Shown: positions 29,200 to 37,036, counted from the first letter of the stretch. The stretch is DNA of 38,730 nt from Dehalococcoidia bacterium (GCA_963577225.1 CAUYZA010000002.1:1-38730), one strand, 5' to 3'. Numbers and translations: made by a program. Notes: generated by a model not told the origin, from the letters alone.

Positions 29200-29493
29200 C
29201 TAGATCTCGACGCGGTCCTTGAGACCCTTCGCGGCCTTGAAGGCGGCCACTTTTTTGGCCGGAATCTGCAGCGTGGCCCCGGTGGCAGGGTTTCGGCCGG
29301 TGCGAGCGGCCCGATGGCGAGTCTCGAACTTGCCGAATCCAGCAATCGAGACCTCGCGGTCCGCATCCAACTCCGCAGCGATGATGCCCCGACTGGCATC
29401 CGTGCTGAAGATCGCCTCGACGACCTCCAACGCCTTCGCCTGGGTCAAGTCTGTTTGTCCCGCGAGCTTCGCAGCCATCTCAGTTTTGTTCAC
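29200..29493 (-). CDS. HU family DNA-binding protein
   Basis: 97 aa, GTG 29493 with GAGGAGG upstream. It begins MNKTEMAAKLAG and contains GFGKFETRHRAARTGRNPATGATLQIPAKKVAAFKAAKGLKD. Confidence 0.9.
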   Translation of the reverse strand: MNKTEMAAKLAGQTDLTQAKALEVVEAIFSTDASRGIIAAELDADREVSIAGFGKFETRHRAARTGRNPATGATLQIPAKKVAAFKAAKGLKDRVEI

Positions 29494-29765
29494 GGCGCTC
29501 AGCCTCCTCTGTCCAGTTGCTCTACTGCTTGAACACTATAACCTTTGGTTCTCCGAAGCGACGGTGCCGCGTTGATTCTTGGGAGTTTTTCCCATAATCG
29601 GGACGTCCGCGATCTGCGTATTGCGCGCGCAGGACACGGATAGAGCGCTGCTCAAGGGGGATCTGCGGAGGCTCTCGACGGCCGCTGGCGCTAAGGCGCG
29701 TCCCAGCCCTTGCCCCGGATCCCGGCTGACTCGTAGACGCGGCCGCCGACCACGCTGAAGTCTTC

Positions 29766-29939
29766 TCAAGTGTCCAGGACGCGCCGTACCGAGGCGTAAT
29801 CGGCCGGGCGGAGGTCTCGTCGGATGCTGGTGCCGTTGAGGTGCCAGATGGCAGCGCTGAAGCGGTGCGCGAGGCCAGCCACGGAGGGCAGATGCCCAAT
29901 CCGGGCAGCGCCGGCGGCGGCCTGCGAAGTCTGCACCAT
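29766..29939 (-). CDS. short hypothetical ORF (57 aa), possibly a gene relic
   Basis: ATG 29939 has GAGGAG 6 nt upstream and GC3 is high. Coding-like sequence continues in the same frame beyond TGA 29766-29768 for 24 more codons to TAG 29691. See the corresponding finding. Confidence 0.3.
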   Translation of the reverse strand: MVQTSQAAAGAARIGHLPSVAGLAHRFSAAIWHLNGTSIRRDLRPADYASVRRVLDT

Positions 29940-30071
29940 GCTGCACTCCTCGTCGCCCGCTGAAGCCGACACGTCAGTGGTAGCCAAGCTCGGAGGGGCG
30001 AGGCCAGATCCAGACGGTATCAGGCTTGGGTCCATCTGGCCGGAGCCCTGGCGCGTACAGCAGCTGTTGCC

Positions 30072-30530
30072 GTGGTGCGGCATCCGCTTGCCCCCAGGCG
30101 GTTCGGGCGTCAGGGTGTCCAGCGGTTGGCGAGTTCAACGGGGGAGCCGGTGGTTTCACGAGCTTTTGATCGCGCGACGCTGGCATCCGTGGTGCCAGCG
30201 ACTGATGTCGTGGCGCTGCGCCGCCAACTCGACGCGCTCCGACTGCTACTGCAGGCGGATGGGGTCGAGGACTCCAGCGCTGATGTCGCGCGGCTTGTGC
30301 GCGAACTGGATGCGATCGGCATCCGCCTGCGCGGCGCCGCCGATGGCGAGAGCGTGGCCGACATCGCTGCGCTGGTCGGCGAGCTGCGCAACGTGGCCGG
30401 GCGCAGCCTGCTCCATGCGCACGTGGAGCAGGCGCAGGCGCGCGTCCAGGTCGCCGTACGCGGCCGCATCGCTGCCTGGCGCGAGACTGCACCCGCGCTC
30501 GATCTGACCTCGCAGCGCGCTCCCGACTGA
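30072..30530 (+). CDS. hypothetical helical protein, start uncertain
   Basis: GC3 is high in this frame from about 30160 onward (VVALRRQLDALRLLLQADGVEDSSADVARLVRELDAIGIRL...). The overlapping minus-strand ORF 30110..30586 is Arg/Ser-rich shadow. GTG 30150 is an alternative start. Confidence 0.55.
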   Translation: MVRHPLAPRRFGRQGVQRLASSTGEPVVSRAFDRATLASVVPATDVVALRRQLDALRLLLQADGVEDSSADVARLVRELDAIGIRLRGAADGESVADIAALVGELRNVAGRSLLHAHVEQAQARVQVAVRGRIAAWRETAPALDLTSQRAPD

Positions 30531-30540
30531 GGCCGAAGCG

Positions 30541-30717
30541 CTATCCGATCGCGCCGAGCAGCTGCGCCGAGACTGTGACCGTGCAATGGGGGCAGGCCAG
30601 CAGCGCGACGATGGCCTCGCGGCTGGACTGTGGCGCGGACTCGGGCAGCACCTCGATCACGCGGACGCGGCCGATCGCCTTCTTGCAGACCGGGCAGCGG
30701 GCGCTTGGCTCAGACAT
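30541..30717 (-). CDS. 58-aa Cys4 zinc-ribbon protein ending in Gly (not in the ORF track)
   Basis: My own translation is MSEPSARCPVCKKAIGRVRVIEVLPESAPQSSREAIVALLACPHCTVTVSAQLLGAIG-stop. AGGAG lies 7 nt upstream of ATG 30717 and GC3 is high. It starts 55 nt downstream of the LLM gene stop on the same strand. Confidence 0.65.
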   Translation of the reverse strand: MSEPSARCPVCKKAIGRVRVIEVLPESAPQSSREAIVALLACPHCTVTVSAQLLGAIG

Positions 30718-30772
30718 CGTGAAACTCCTGCTTTCGCCGTTTGCGTGGACGGTGCGACGCGAGCGCGGTCGC

Positions 30773-31888
30773 CTAGCTGGGATTCCCGCTGGGCGCGCCA
30801 GAGGTCTGCTGCAGCTTGGGCAGCACCTGTTCCCCCATCAGCCGCATGCTTTCCATGATCTTGTCGTGCGGCAGCCCACCGAATTGGACCCAGGTCATGA
30901 CCTGGTCGACGCCCATGCTCTCGTAGCGCTTGATTGTCTCGACTAAATCATCCGGCGTCCCGATGGCCAGGACACCCTTCCTGGCGCGTTCGGCGACGGA
31001 CTCCGGCGCGGCGGCTCCGGTCCGGGATTGTTCGGTCAGGTACTGGTACGAGGCGGCGTTCTTCGTTGCGCCCGGTTCGGCCCAGGGCAGGAACAACTCG
31101 GCCGCGAGCTCCGCCGAGCGCGTGACGGCAGGTTCCGCCACGGCAAGCGCCTCCGCGTTCGTTTCCGCGCAATAGGTCTGCATCAGGACGGCGACCTGAT
31201 CATTGATGAAGTCGCCGATCGGGTTGGGGTCGGCGATGCCCGCGCGATAAGCGGCGACGCGTGGCTCCACCTCATCTGGCGTCGCCGTGACGAAGCCCAA
31301 CAGGCCCAGGCCGTGGCGACCCGCCTTCGCGAACGTCTCGGGATTGGTGCCGGCCAGCCAGAGTGGGGGGTGCGGCTTCTGCAGCGGCTTGGGCACGACG
31401 TGCCGCTCGGGGATTTGGTAGTACGTGCCGTCGAAGCTCAAAGGCTCGTCGCGCCAGGCCCGCTTCACGATCTCGATACCCTCCGCCCACTGGGCCTGCG
31501 TCTCGTCGGGTTCGACCTGGAACCCGTCCAACTCTTGCAGCGTGACGGCGCGGCCGGTGCCGAGGTCGACCCGGCCGCCGCTGAGGATGTCGAGTACCGC
31601 CGTCCGCTCCGCGACGCGCACGGGATGGTTGAAGTTCTTCGGCAGCAGCGCGATGCCGTGGCCGAGGCGGATCCGCGATGTGCGCTGGCTCAATGCGCCG
31701 AAGAAGACTTCTGGCGCCGAACTGTGCGACCAGCCCGGCAGCATGTGATGCTCGACGGCCCAGACATAGTCCCAGCCCAGTTCATCGGCGAGGACGATTT
31801 GCTCCATCGCCTCCGCATAGGCCCGGGCTTCGTATCCTTCCGACCAGGGTGGGGGAATTTGAATCTCGTAGAGCAGGCCGAACTTCAT
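30773..31888 (-). CDS. LLM-class flavin-dependent oxidoreductase (luciferase-like monooxygenase)
   Basis: 371 aa from ATG 31888 with GGAGGG upstream. It begins MKFGLLYEIQIPPPW and contains WDYVWAVEHHMLPGWSHSSAPEVFFGAL and RLGHGIALLP. The upstream part of the track ORF is rejected. Confidence 0.85.
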   Translation of the reverse strand: MKFGLLYEIQIPPPWSEGYEARAYAEAMEQIVLADELGWDYVWAVEHHMLPGWSHSSAPEVFFGALSQRTSRIRLGHGIALLPKNFNHPVRVAERTAVLDILSGGRVDLGTGRAVTLQELDGFQVEPDETQAQWAEGIEIVKRAWRDEPLSFDGTYYQIPERHVVPKPLQKPHPPLWLAGTNPETFAKAGRHGLGLLGFVTATPDEVEPRVAAYRAGIADPNPIGDFINDQVAVLMQTYCAETNAEALAVAEPAVTRSAELAAELFLPWAEPGATKNAASYQYLTEQSRTGAAAPESVAERARKGVLAIGTPDDLVETIKRYESMGVDQVMTWVQFGGLPHDKIMESMRLMGEQVLPKLQQTSGAPSGNPS

Positions 31889-31973
31889 CGTGATCCCTCC
31901 AGACGTCGCGGGCAGTCTAACGGCGCTCGCCGCGCCTGCGGCGCTATCCTGCGGGTCGATTTGGAGGTGCCGC

Positions 31974-32936
31974 ATGACAAGCCAGACGAACGCCCAGCTC
32001 GGCGAGGGCGAAATGCAATACGAGGCGCTCAGCGAGTGGGAAGAGCTGCCGGACGGGATCACGTTGGTGGAGACGCCCGGCGTCGCCGTGGGCGCCGACG
32101 ACACGGTCTACCTGATGACGCGCAACACGGAGCACCCGGTGATGGTGCTCCGCCCCGACGGTGGCTGGATCCGCTCCTTTGGTGCGGGCCACTTCTCCGA
32201 TCGCACGCACGGGATCTGGGTGGCGCCCGACAGCACGCTGTACTGCGCGGACGATGGCACCCACACGATCACTCGCTGGAGCCCCGACGGCGAACTCTTG
32301 CAGACGATCGGTGAGACAAATGCCCCGGCGCCGCGTTGGAGTGGACAGCCGTTCAACCGGCCGACACACTGCGCCGTCTCGCCGATCAGCGGCGACCTGT
32401 TCATCACGGACGGCTACGGCAACTCCTGCATCCACCGCTTCAGCCCCGACGGTGAGCACAAGGCGACCTGGGGAGAGCCCGGCATCGATGCGGGGCAATT
32501 CATTCGGCCGCACAACATCGCCATCGATGAAGAGGGGCTGCTCTACGTCGCGGATCGCGAATGTCATCGCGTGCAGGTGTTCCGCGAAGACGGCACGTTC
32601 GTCGCGATGTGGAACAACATTCACCGGCCGGATGGGCTGACCCTCGCGGCCGACGGCCTGATCTACATCGGAGAGCTGAATGGCATCGCCGGTGTAGACG
32701 ACGCGCCCGGGCTGGGGCATCGGGTCAGCGTCTACAGCCGAGACGGCCAACGCGTGGCGTTGTTCGGCGCCGAGGATGAAGGTGAGGGGCCGGGCGAGTT
32801 CATCGCACCCCACGGCATCGCCGTCGACTCACGCGGCGACATCTATGTCGGCGAGGTCGCCAACACGATCCGCGGCCGGGAGCTCGATCCGCCGCGCGAG
32901 CTGAAGACGCTTAAGAAGTTGCGACGGACCTCGTAA
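31974..32936 (+). CDS. NHL-repeat beta-propeller, peptidyl-alpha-hydroxyglycine alpha-amidating lyase (PAL)-like
   Basis: 320 aa from ATG 31974 with GGAGGTG upstream. FITDGYGNSCIHRFSPDG and YVADRECHRVQVFREDG mirror the PAL motifs DGYCNSRI and ADRENGRIQ, recalled from memory. No signal peptide is visible. Confidence 0.75.
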   Translation: MTSQTNAQLGEGEMQYEALSEWEELPDGITLVETPGVAVGADDTVYLMTRNTEHPVMVLRPDGGWIRSFGAGHFSDRTHGIWVAPDSTLYCADDGTHTITRWSPDGELLQTIGETNAPAPRWSGQPFNRPTHCAVSPISGDLFITDGYGNSCIHRFSPDGEHKATWGEPGIDAGQFIRPHNIAIDEEGLLYVADRECHRVQVFREDGTFVAMWNNIHRPDGLTLAADGLIYIGELNGIAGVDDAPGLGHRVSVYSRDGQRVALFGAEDEGEGPGEFIAPHGIAVDSRGDIYVGEVANTIRGRELDPPRELKTLKKLRRTS

Positions 32937-32966
32937 CGGCGTCTTAATGTGACAGGCATGAACAAA

Positions 32967-33000
32967 CGACGCGACCAAGTTCGCACATTCGGTCGCGTCG
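32967..33000. terminator. stem-loop between convergent genes (10-bp perfect stem, 14-nt loop, no U-tract)
   Basis: CGACGCGACC (32967-32976) pairs with GGTCGCGTCG (32991-33000). It lies between stop 32936 (+) and stop 33023 (-). Confidence 0.4.
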
Positions 33001-33022
33001 CCTGTTCGCGCCCTCTCGCGTG

Positions 33023-33385
33023 TTAGTTGCTGCGCCAGCGATTGCGTCCGGTGTTGCGTACCTTGCCTTGCTTCGCCATGCGGGTCAGCGCGTTGACCAA
33101 GCTGGCCTTGGGGTTTGCCCCGCGTGGGGCGGACCCGAGCGCCTTCAGCGCGTCCAGGATCTCGTCCGCGTGGATTGGCTCACGTTGCGACGCCAGGGTC
33201 TCTTCGATCCCGGTCGTGAGTGTTCCGCGCGGCACGCGGTCCAGGCGGCCTCGCTGGCGGCCGCGCCGTGCTGTGCCCACGCCGCTGAGCGCTTGCAGCG
33301 CCCGGTCAACGTCGGCGATTCGCCGTTGCAGGTCCACACGCTCCGCCGTCAGGGCGTCGCGCGCGACCGTGATTCCGTCTGCCAT
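33023..33385 (-). CDS. hypothetical small protein, coiled N-terminus and possible winged-helix C-terminus
   Basis: 120 aa from ATG 33385. It begins MADGITVARDALTAERVDLQRRIADVDRALQAL and contains EPIHADEILDALKALG...LVNALTRMAKQGKVRNTGRNRWR. The upstream part of the track ORF is rejected. Confidence 0.6.
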   Translation of the reverse strand: MADGITVARDALTAERVDLQRRIADVDRALQALSGVGTARRGRQRGRLDRVPRGTLTTGIEETLASQREPIHADEILDALKALGSAPRGANPKASLVNALTRMAKQGKVRNTGRNRWRSN

Positions 33386-33524
33386 GGCAAGGTGTCCTTT
33401 CGTCCTGAGCAGCCTCACAATATCCGGTTTGGGCGTTGAGGGTATGTTGCTTAGCGAAGTGCGACTCCCTCTTACGGGAGAGGGATGGCTACCAAGCGGT
33501 TGGGGTGCATGACAACACCCCATC

Positions 33525-33534
33525 GGGGGGGGGG
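33525..33534. repeat. G10 homopolymer in a divergent intergenic region
   Basis: CATC-GGGGGGGGGG-CGCTGG. It lies between the divergent starts 33385 (-) and 33659 (+). Confidence 0.9.
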
Positions 33535-33658
33535 CGCTGGGGCGGCGAGGCCCCGGCTGCTTCGATGCGATGGGTTCGTCGGCCGGTGCCGGTCCGTCTG
33601 TCAACGCGGCGAGCGGCTACCCTCAGCAACCGTTGGGACCAACGAATGGAGAGTCTGC

Positions 33659-34051
33659 GTGGCTTACGCGATCAATCACCTGCACCTGAAGTCGGCGGAT
33701 CCGGAGCGGTCGGCCGCGTGGTGGGCTGAGGCGTTCAACTTCCGCATCGTGAGCGACACGACTCGCTCATTCGGCGACCGCTTCATCGTCTGCCGCTCGG
33801 AGAATGAGATCAACGTGATGATCTCGAACGAGCGCAGCGGCGAGCGGCTGGGGTCGGCGGACGGTGACGCCCACCTCGGCCTGGAGCACTTCGGCTTCGA
33901 CAGCGAGGATCTCGAGGCGGATATTGCGCGTCTCGAAGGCCTTGGCGCGACCCTGGCCGAGCCACCTGTGGAGGCGGCGCCGGGGGTGCGAATCTGCTTC
34001 CTCCGCACGCCCGATCAGGTTCGCATCGAGTTGATCGAACGGCGCGCGTAG
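33659..34051 (+). CDS. VOC (glyoxalase) family protein
   Basis: 130 aa from GTG 33659 with GGAGAG 5 nt upstream. It begins (M)AYAINHLHLKSADPERSAAWWAEAFNF and contains GLEHFGFDSEDLEADIARLEGLG and ICFLRTPDQVRIELIE. Confidence 0.8.
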   Translation: MAYAINHLHLKSADPERSAAWWAEAFNFRIVSDTTRSFGDRFIVCRSENEINVMISNERSGERLGSADGDAHLGLEHFGFDSEDLEADIARLEGLGATLAEPPVEAAPGVRICFLRTPDQVRIELIERRA

Positions 34052-34144
34052 CCAGTCTGGAGCCAGGCGACGTTCCCCGCCGCCATCTGGTGCGAGGGTC
34101 GAGACCTGATGTAAGAGGCAGTCATGTAGCAAAGGTGATCGAAC

Positions 34145-36972
34145 ATGCAACGCCTCGCCGGCCGGTATGGGATGCTGTTCGGCGCTCTGATTCTCTTGAC
34201 CCTGACTGGAGCGCCAAGCTCACCATCGCTTCTTGCGTAGGCCCCCCCGCCCAGTATCGATTCCATCAATCCGCTCAGCGGCCCGGCGGCTGGGGGGGCT
34301 AGCGTCACAATCGCCGGCAGTAATCTCGGCGGCGTCGTGACGGTGACGTTCGGGGGTGTGCCAGCGACTGACATTGTCGGAGTGAATGACTCGACCATCA
34401 CGGCGACGTCGCCCGCGCATGCGGCCGGCATCGCGGACGTGGTCGTCATCACGGCGGCCGACACCAGCGCCAACAGGGCCGCGGACCACTTCACCTACAT
34501 CGACGCAGGGGTGACCCTGACCGAGGCTGGTGGGTCGACGCTCCTGACTGAAGGCAGCGGGGCGGCGGAACACTACTCGGTCGCCCTCACCGCCGCGCCA
34601 CTGAGCAACGTGACGATCAACGTTGCCCCTGACAACCAGCTGACTACCGACCTGGGAAGTCTCGCCTTCACGCCCGCGAATTGGAATGAAGCACAGACGG
34701 TCGCCGCCACCGCCGCCACCGCCGCCACCGCCGCCACCGCCGCCACCGCCGCCACCGCCGCCACCGCCGCCACCGCCGCCACCGCCGCCACCGCCGCCAC
34801 CGCCGTCGGCGCCGGCGTGGTTGAGGGTTCCCATTTCGGGACGATCCAACATGCGGCCACGGGCGGCGGATACGGCGGTGTGCCGATCGGCGACGTGGTC
34901 GCCACGATCGCCGACAACGACGTGGCATCCGTCGTCATCGTCCAGTCGGGTGGGTCGACGAACGTCACGGAGGGCGGCGCTGCCGATAGCTATACGGTCG
35001 TGCTGGGCGCTGCCCCGACTGCCCAGATCTCGATCGCCGTAAACGGCACGTTCCAGGCGACGGCGAGCCCCAACAACCTGAGCTTCACCAGCGCGAACTG
35101 GGCGATCGCCCAGACCGTGACCGTGAGCGCGGTAGACGACGCCGTGCAGGAGGGGCCCACGCCACCACGCTCTCCCATACCGCCTCTGGCCCGGGCTTCG
35201 ATGGATTGGCGATCGCCAATGTGATCGTCAACGTCACGGACAACGACACGGTGACCGGCCAAGTCCTCGTGACTCACTCTGGCGGATCGCCCAACGTCTC
35301 GGAGAGTGGCGGCAGCGACAGCTACACGGTCCAGCTCTCTCTTGAGCCGAGCGGCCCGGTGGCCGTTGCGGTGGTGGATAGCGCGCAGCAACTGCTTGTG
35401 GACAAGACGGCGCTCTTCTTCACGACCGCGAACTGGAATGTGGCTCAGACGGTGACGGTGACCGCGCTTGACGATCCGACTGTCGAAGGGACTCATGTGA
35501 TCGGTCTGCGGCACGTTGCGACAGGCGGCGGCCACGACGGGACTCCGGCCAAGACGATCGCCGTCTCGATCAGCGACAACGACGTGGCGGGCGTGATCAT
35601 TCCCGCGTCCGACGCCGGCCGCCTCACGTTCACCCCGATCGATGATGCCTGGATCGGCGAGGCCGACCCGAAGAAGAACCACGGCAACGCGAGCCGTATC
35701 GAAGTGGACCAGTCGCCGGTCAAGGAGGGGCTGCTGCGCTTCAACGTCAGCGGCATCCCCGGGCGCGCCGTGCTGAACGCCGTGCTGCGCCTCCAGGTGC
35801 GCGACGGCTCGCCGGGCGGCGGCCGATTCTTCGGCGCGGCGCACAATGCCTGGCAGGAAGAGAACGTGACCTGGAACTTGGCACCGGCGGTCTCGGTCCC
35901 CTTCCTGGGACAGCTGGGATCGGTCAGCCCGGGGCAGGCCGTGGAGCTGGACGCCTCCTCGTTGGTCACCGGCGACGGGCTGGTCACCGTCCGCATCTTG
36001 GCGACCTCATCGAATCGGGTGGAGTACGCCTCGAAGGAGGATCAGGCTGGTGCGCTGGCCCCGGAGCTGATCGTAGATCTTGCGCCAACGCCGGCCCCCG
36101 CCGTCAGTGAAGGCGGCGCCAGCGACAGCTACACGATTCGCCTGGCGAGCCAGCCGGTTGGCAACGTCACGATCGTGATGTTGCCCGACGCGGACCTCAC
36201 GACAACGCCGACTCAGCTGATCTTCGCGAGCGCGAACTGGAGCCAGCTCCAGCTCGTCACCGTCAGCGCCGTGGACGACGACGAAACTGAAGGAGCACAC
36301 ACGGCTCGGATCGCGCACACCGCGATCTGGCCGGGTGCGACGAATGTCAGCGTCCCCGACGTGACGGTCACGATCGAGGACAACGATGTGCCGTCCCTCA
36401 TCGTCACGGAGACAGGCAACGACACCGCTGTCGTGGAAGGCGGTGTGGGGGACTCCATCCTCGTGGCGCTTGGCGCGAAGCCGAGCGGTTCGGTGACGGT
36501 GCAGTTCTCATCCGGTGGCGAGCTGGCGGCCACGCCAAGCACACTCATCTTCACGACGGTGAACTGGCAGACGCCGCAGACCATCCAGGTCATGGCGATC
36601 GATGACACCCAGGTGGAAGGGGACCACGGCGGCAGCTTTACGCTAAGCGTTTCAGGCGGAGGCTTCAGCGGCGGCGTGCTGGCCACGGTGTTCGCGACGA
36701 TCGTCGACAACGACTTTGTCGAGCTGATCCCGCTGCGGCAGGGCCTCGAGCTGATCGGCTGGTTCGGCCTGCCGACGACGACCCGGGCAATCCTCGACTC
36801 AAATCCGCGGATCGTGCGCATTTGGGTCTGGAAGGTGTCGACGCAGAGCTGGCTGATCGACAGCGATGAGCTGCCCGACGGCCTGCGGGCGGTAATCGTG
36901 ATTGAGCGCGGTCAGGGCCTGTTCATCGTCAGCTCGCGCGCGACCACGTTGGAGGTCACGGTGGGCGGATAG
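34145..36972 (+). pseudogene. large secreted adhesin-like protein (signal peptide, IPT/TIG, five ~100-aa beta-sandwich modules, DNRLRE-like insert, C-terminal module), interrupted by an in-frame TAG and one frameshift
   Basis: The gene starts at ATG 34145 with MQRLAGRYGMLFGALILLTLTGAPSSPSLLA. TAG 34238-34240 follows, and the same frame continues APPPSIDSINPLSGPAAGGASVTIAGSNLGGVVTVTFGGVPATD, which is IPT/TIG. Five modules follow the pattern FT.ANW...QTVTV.A.DD...EG.H....DND. The track ORFs 34337..35224 and 35206..36972 join if one base is added at G4C3 35152-35158, giving ...AVDDAVQEG-HATTLSHTASGPGFDGLAIANVIVNVTDND. Confidence 0.75.
34703..34805 (+). repeat. perfect tandem repeat (GCCGCCACC) x11 plus partial unit, in-frame (Ala-Ala-Thr)n
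   Basis: I counted 11 identical 9-nt units in 34703-34801, then GCCG. In the gene frame it reads QTV-(AAT)11-AVGAG. In other frames it produces the poly-Pro, poly-Gly, VAA and WRR track ORFs. Confidence 0.95.
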
Positions 36973-37008
36973 GCCGGACAGGGGCGGTGGCTCGCTGCGC
37001 GCATGTGA

Positions 37009-37036
37009 AAAGGCCGGAGCATCTGCTCCGGCCTTT
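37009..37036. terminator. bidirectional rho-independent-type terminator between convergent surface-protein genes
   Basis: AAAGGCCGGAGC (37009-37020), an ATCT loop, then GCTCCGGCCTTT (37025-37036), a 12-bp perfect stem. It is followed by TTT on the plus strand and TTTT on the minus strand. It lies 37 nt after stop 36972 and 45 nt after the corrected minus-strand stop 37081. Confidence 0.75.

Noticed and set aside
29494-29690. Relatively AT-rich stretch upstream of the HU gene, considered as a small RNA or tRNA, with a TATAGT -10 candidate.
   Set aside because: There is no cloverleaf or T-loop motif and no convincing -35 element at 17-nt spacing. It is most simply the HU promoter and leader region, and I cannot support a discrete feature.
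30110-30586. Minus-strand 158-aa ORF opposite the 30072..30530 gene.
   Set aside because: Its sequence is Arg/Ser/Ala-rich and low-complexity. The plus frame has the stronger GC3 pattern and a plausible helical sequence.
29766-34240. Recoding (selenocysteine at TGA 29766, pyrrolysine or readthrough at TAG 34238).
   Set aside because: I recognised no SECIS-like hairpin next to the TGA and no pyl or sel genes in the window. The TAG falls at a signal-peptide/mature-protein junction, where a special residue makes little sense.
34668-35042. Track ORFs encoding poly-Pro, poly-Gly (34220..34852), VAAVAA and WRRWRR stretches.
   Set aside because: They are alternative-frame and antisense readings of the (GCCGCCACC)11 repeat. 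The gene frame, supported by flanking module homology and GC3, reads (Ala-Ala-Thr)n.
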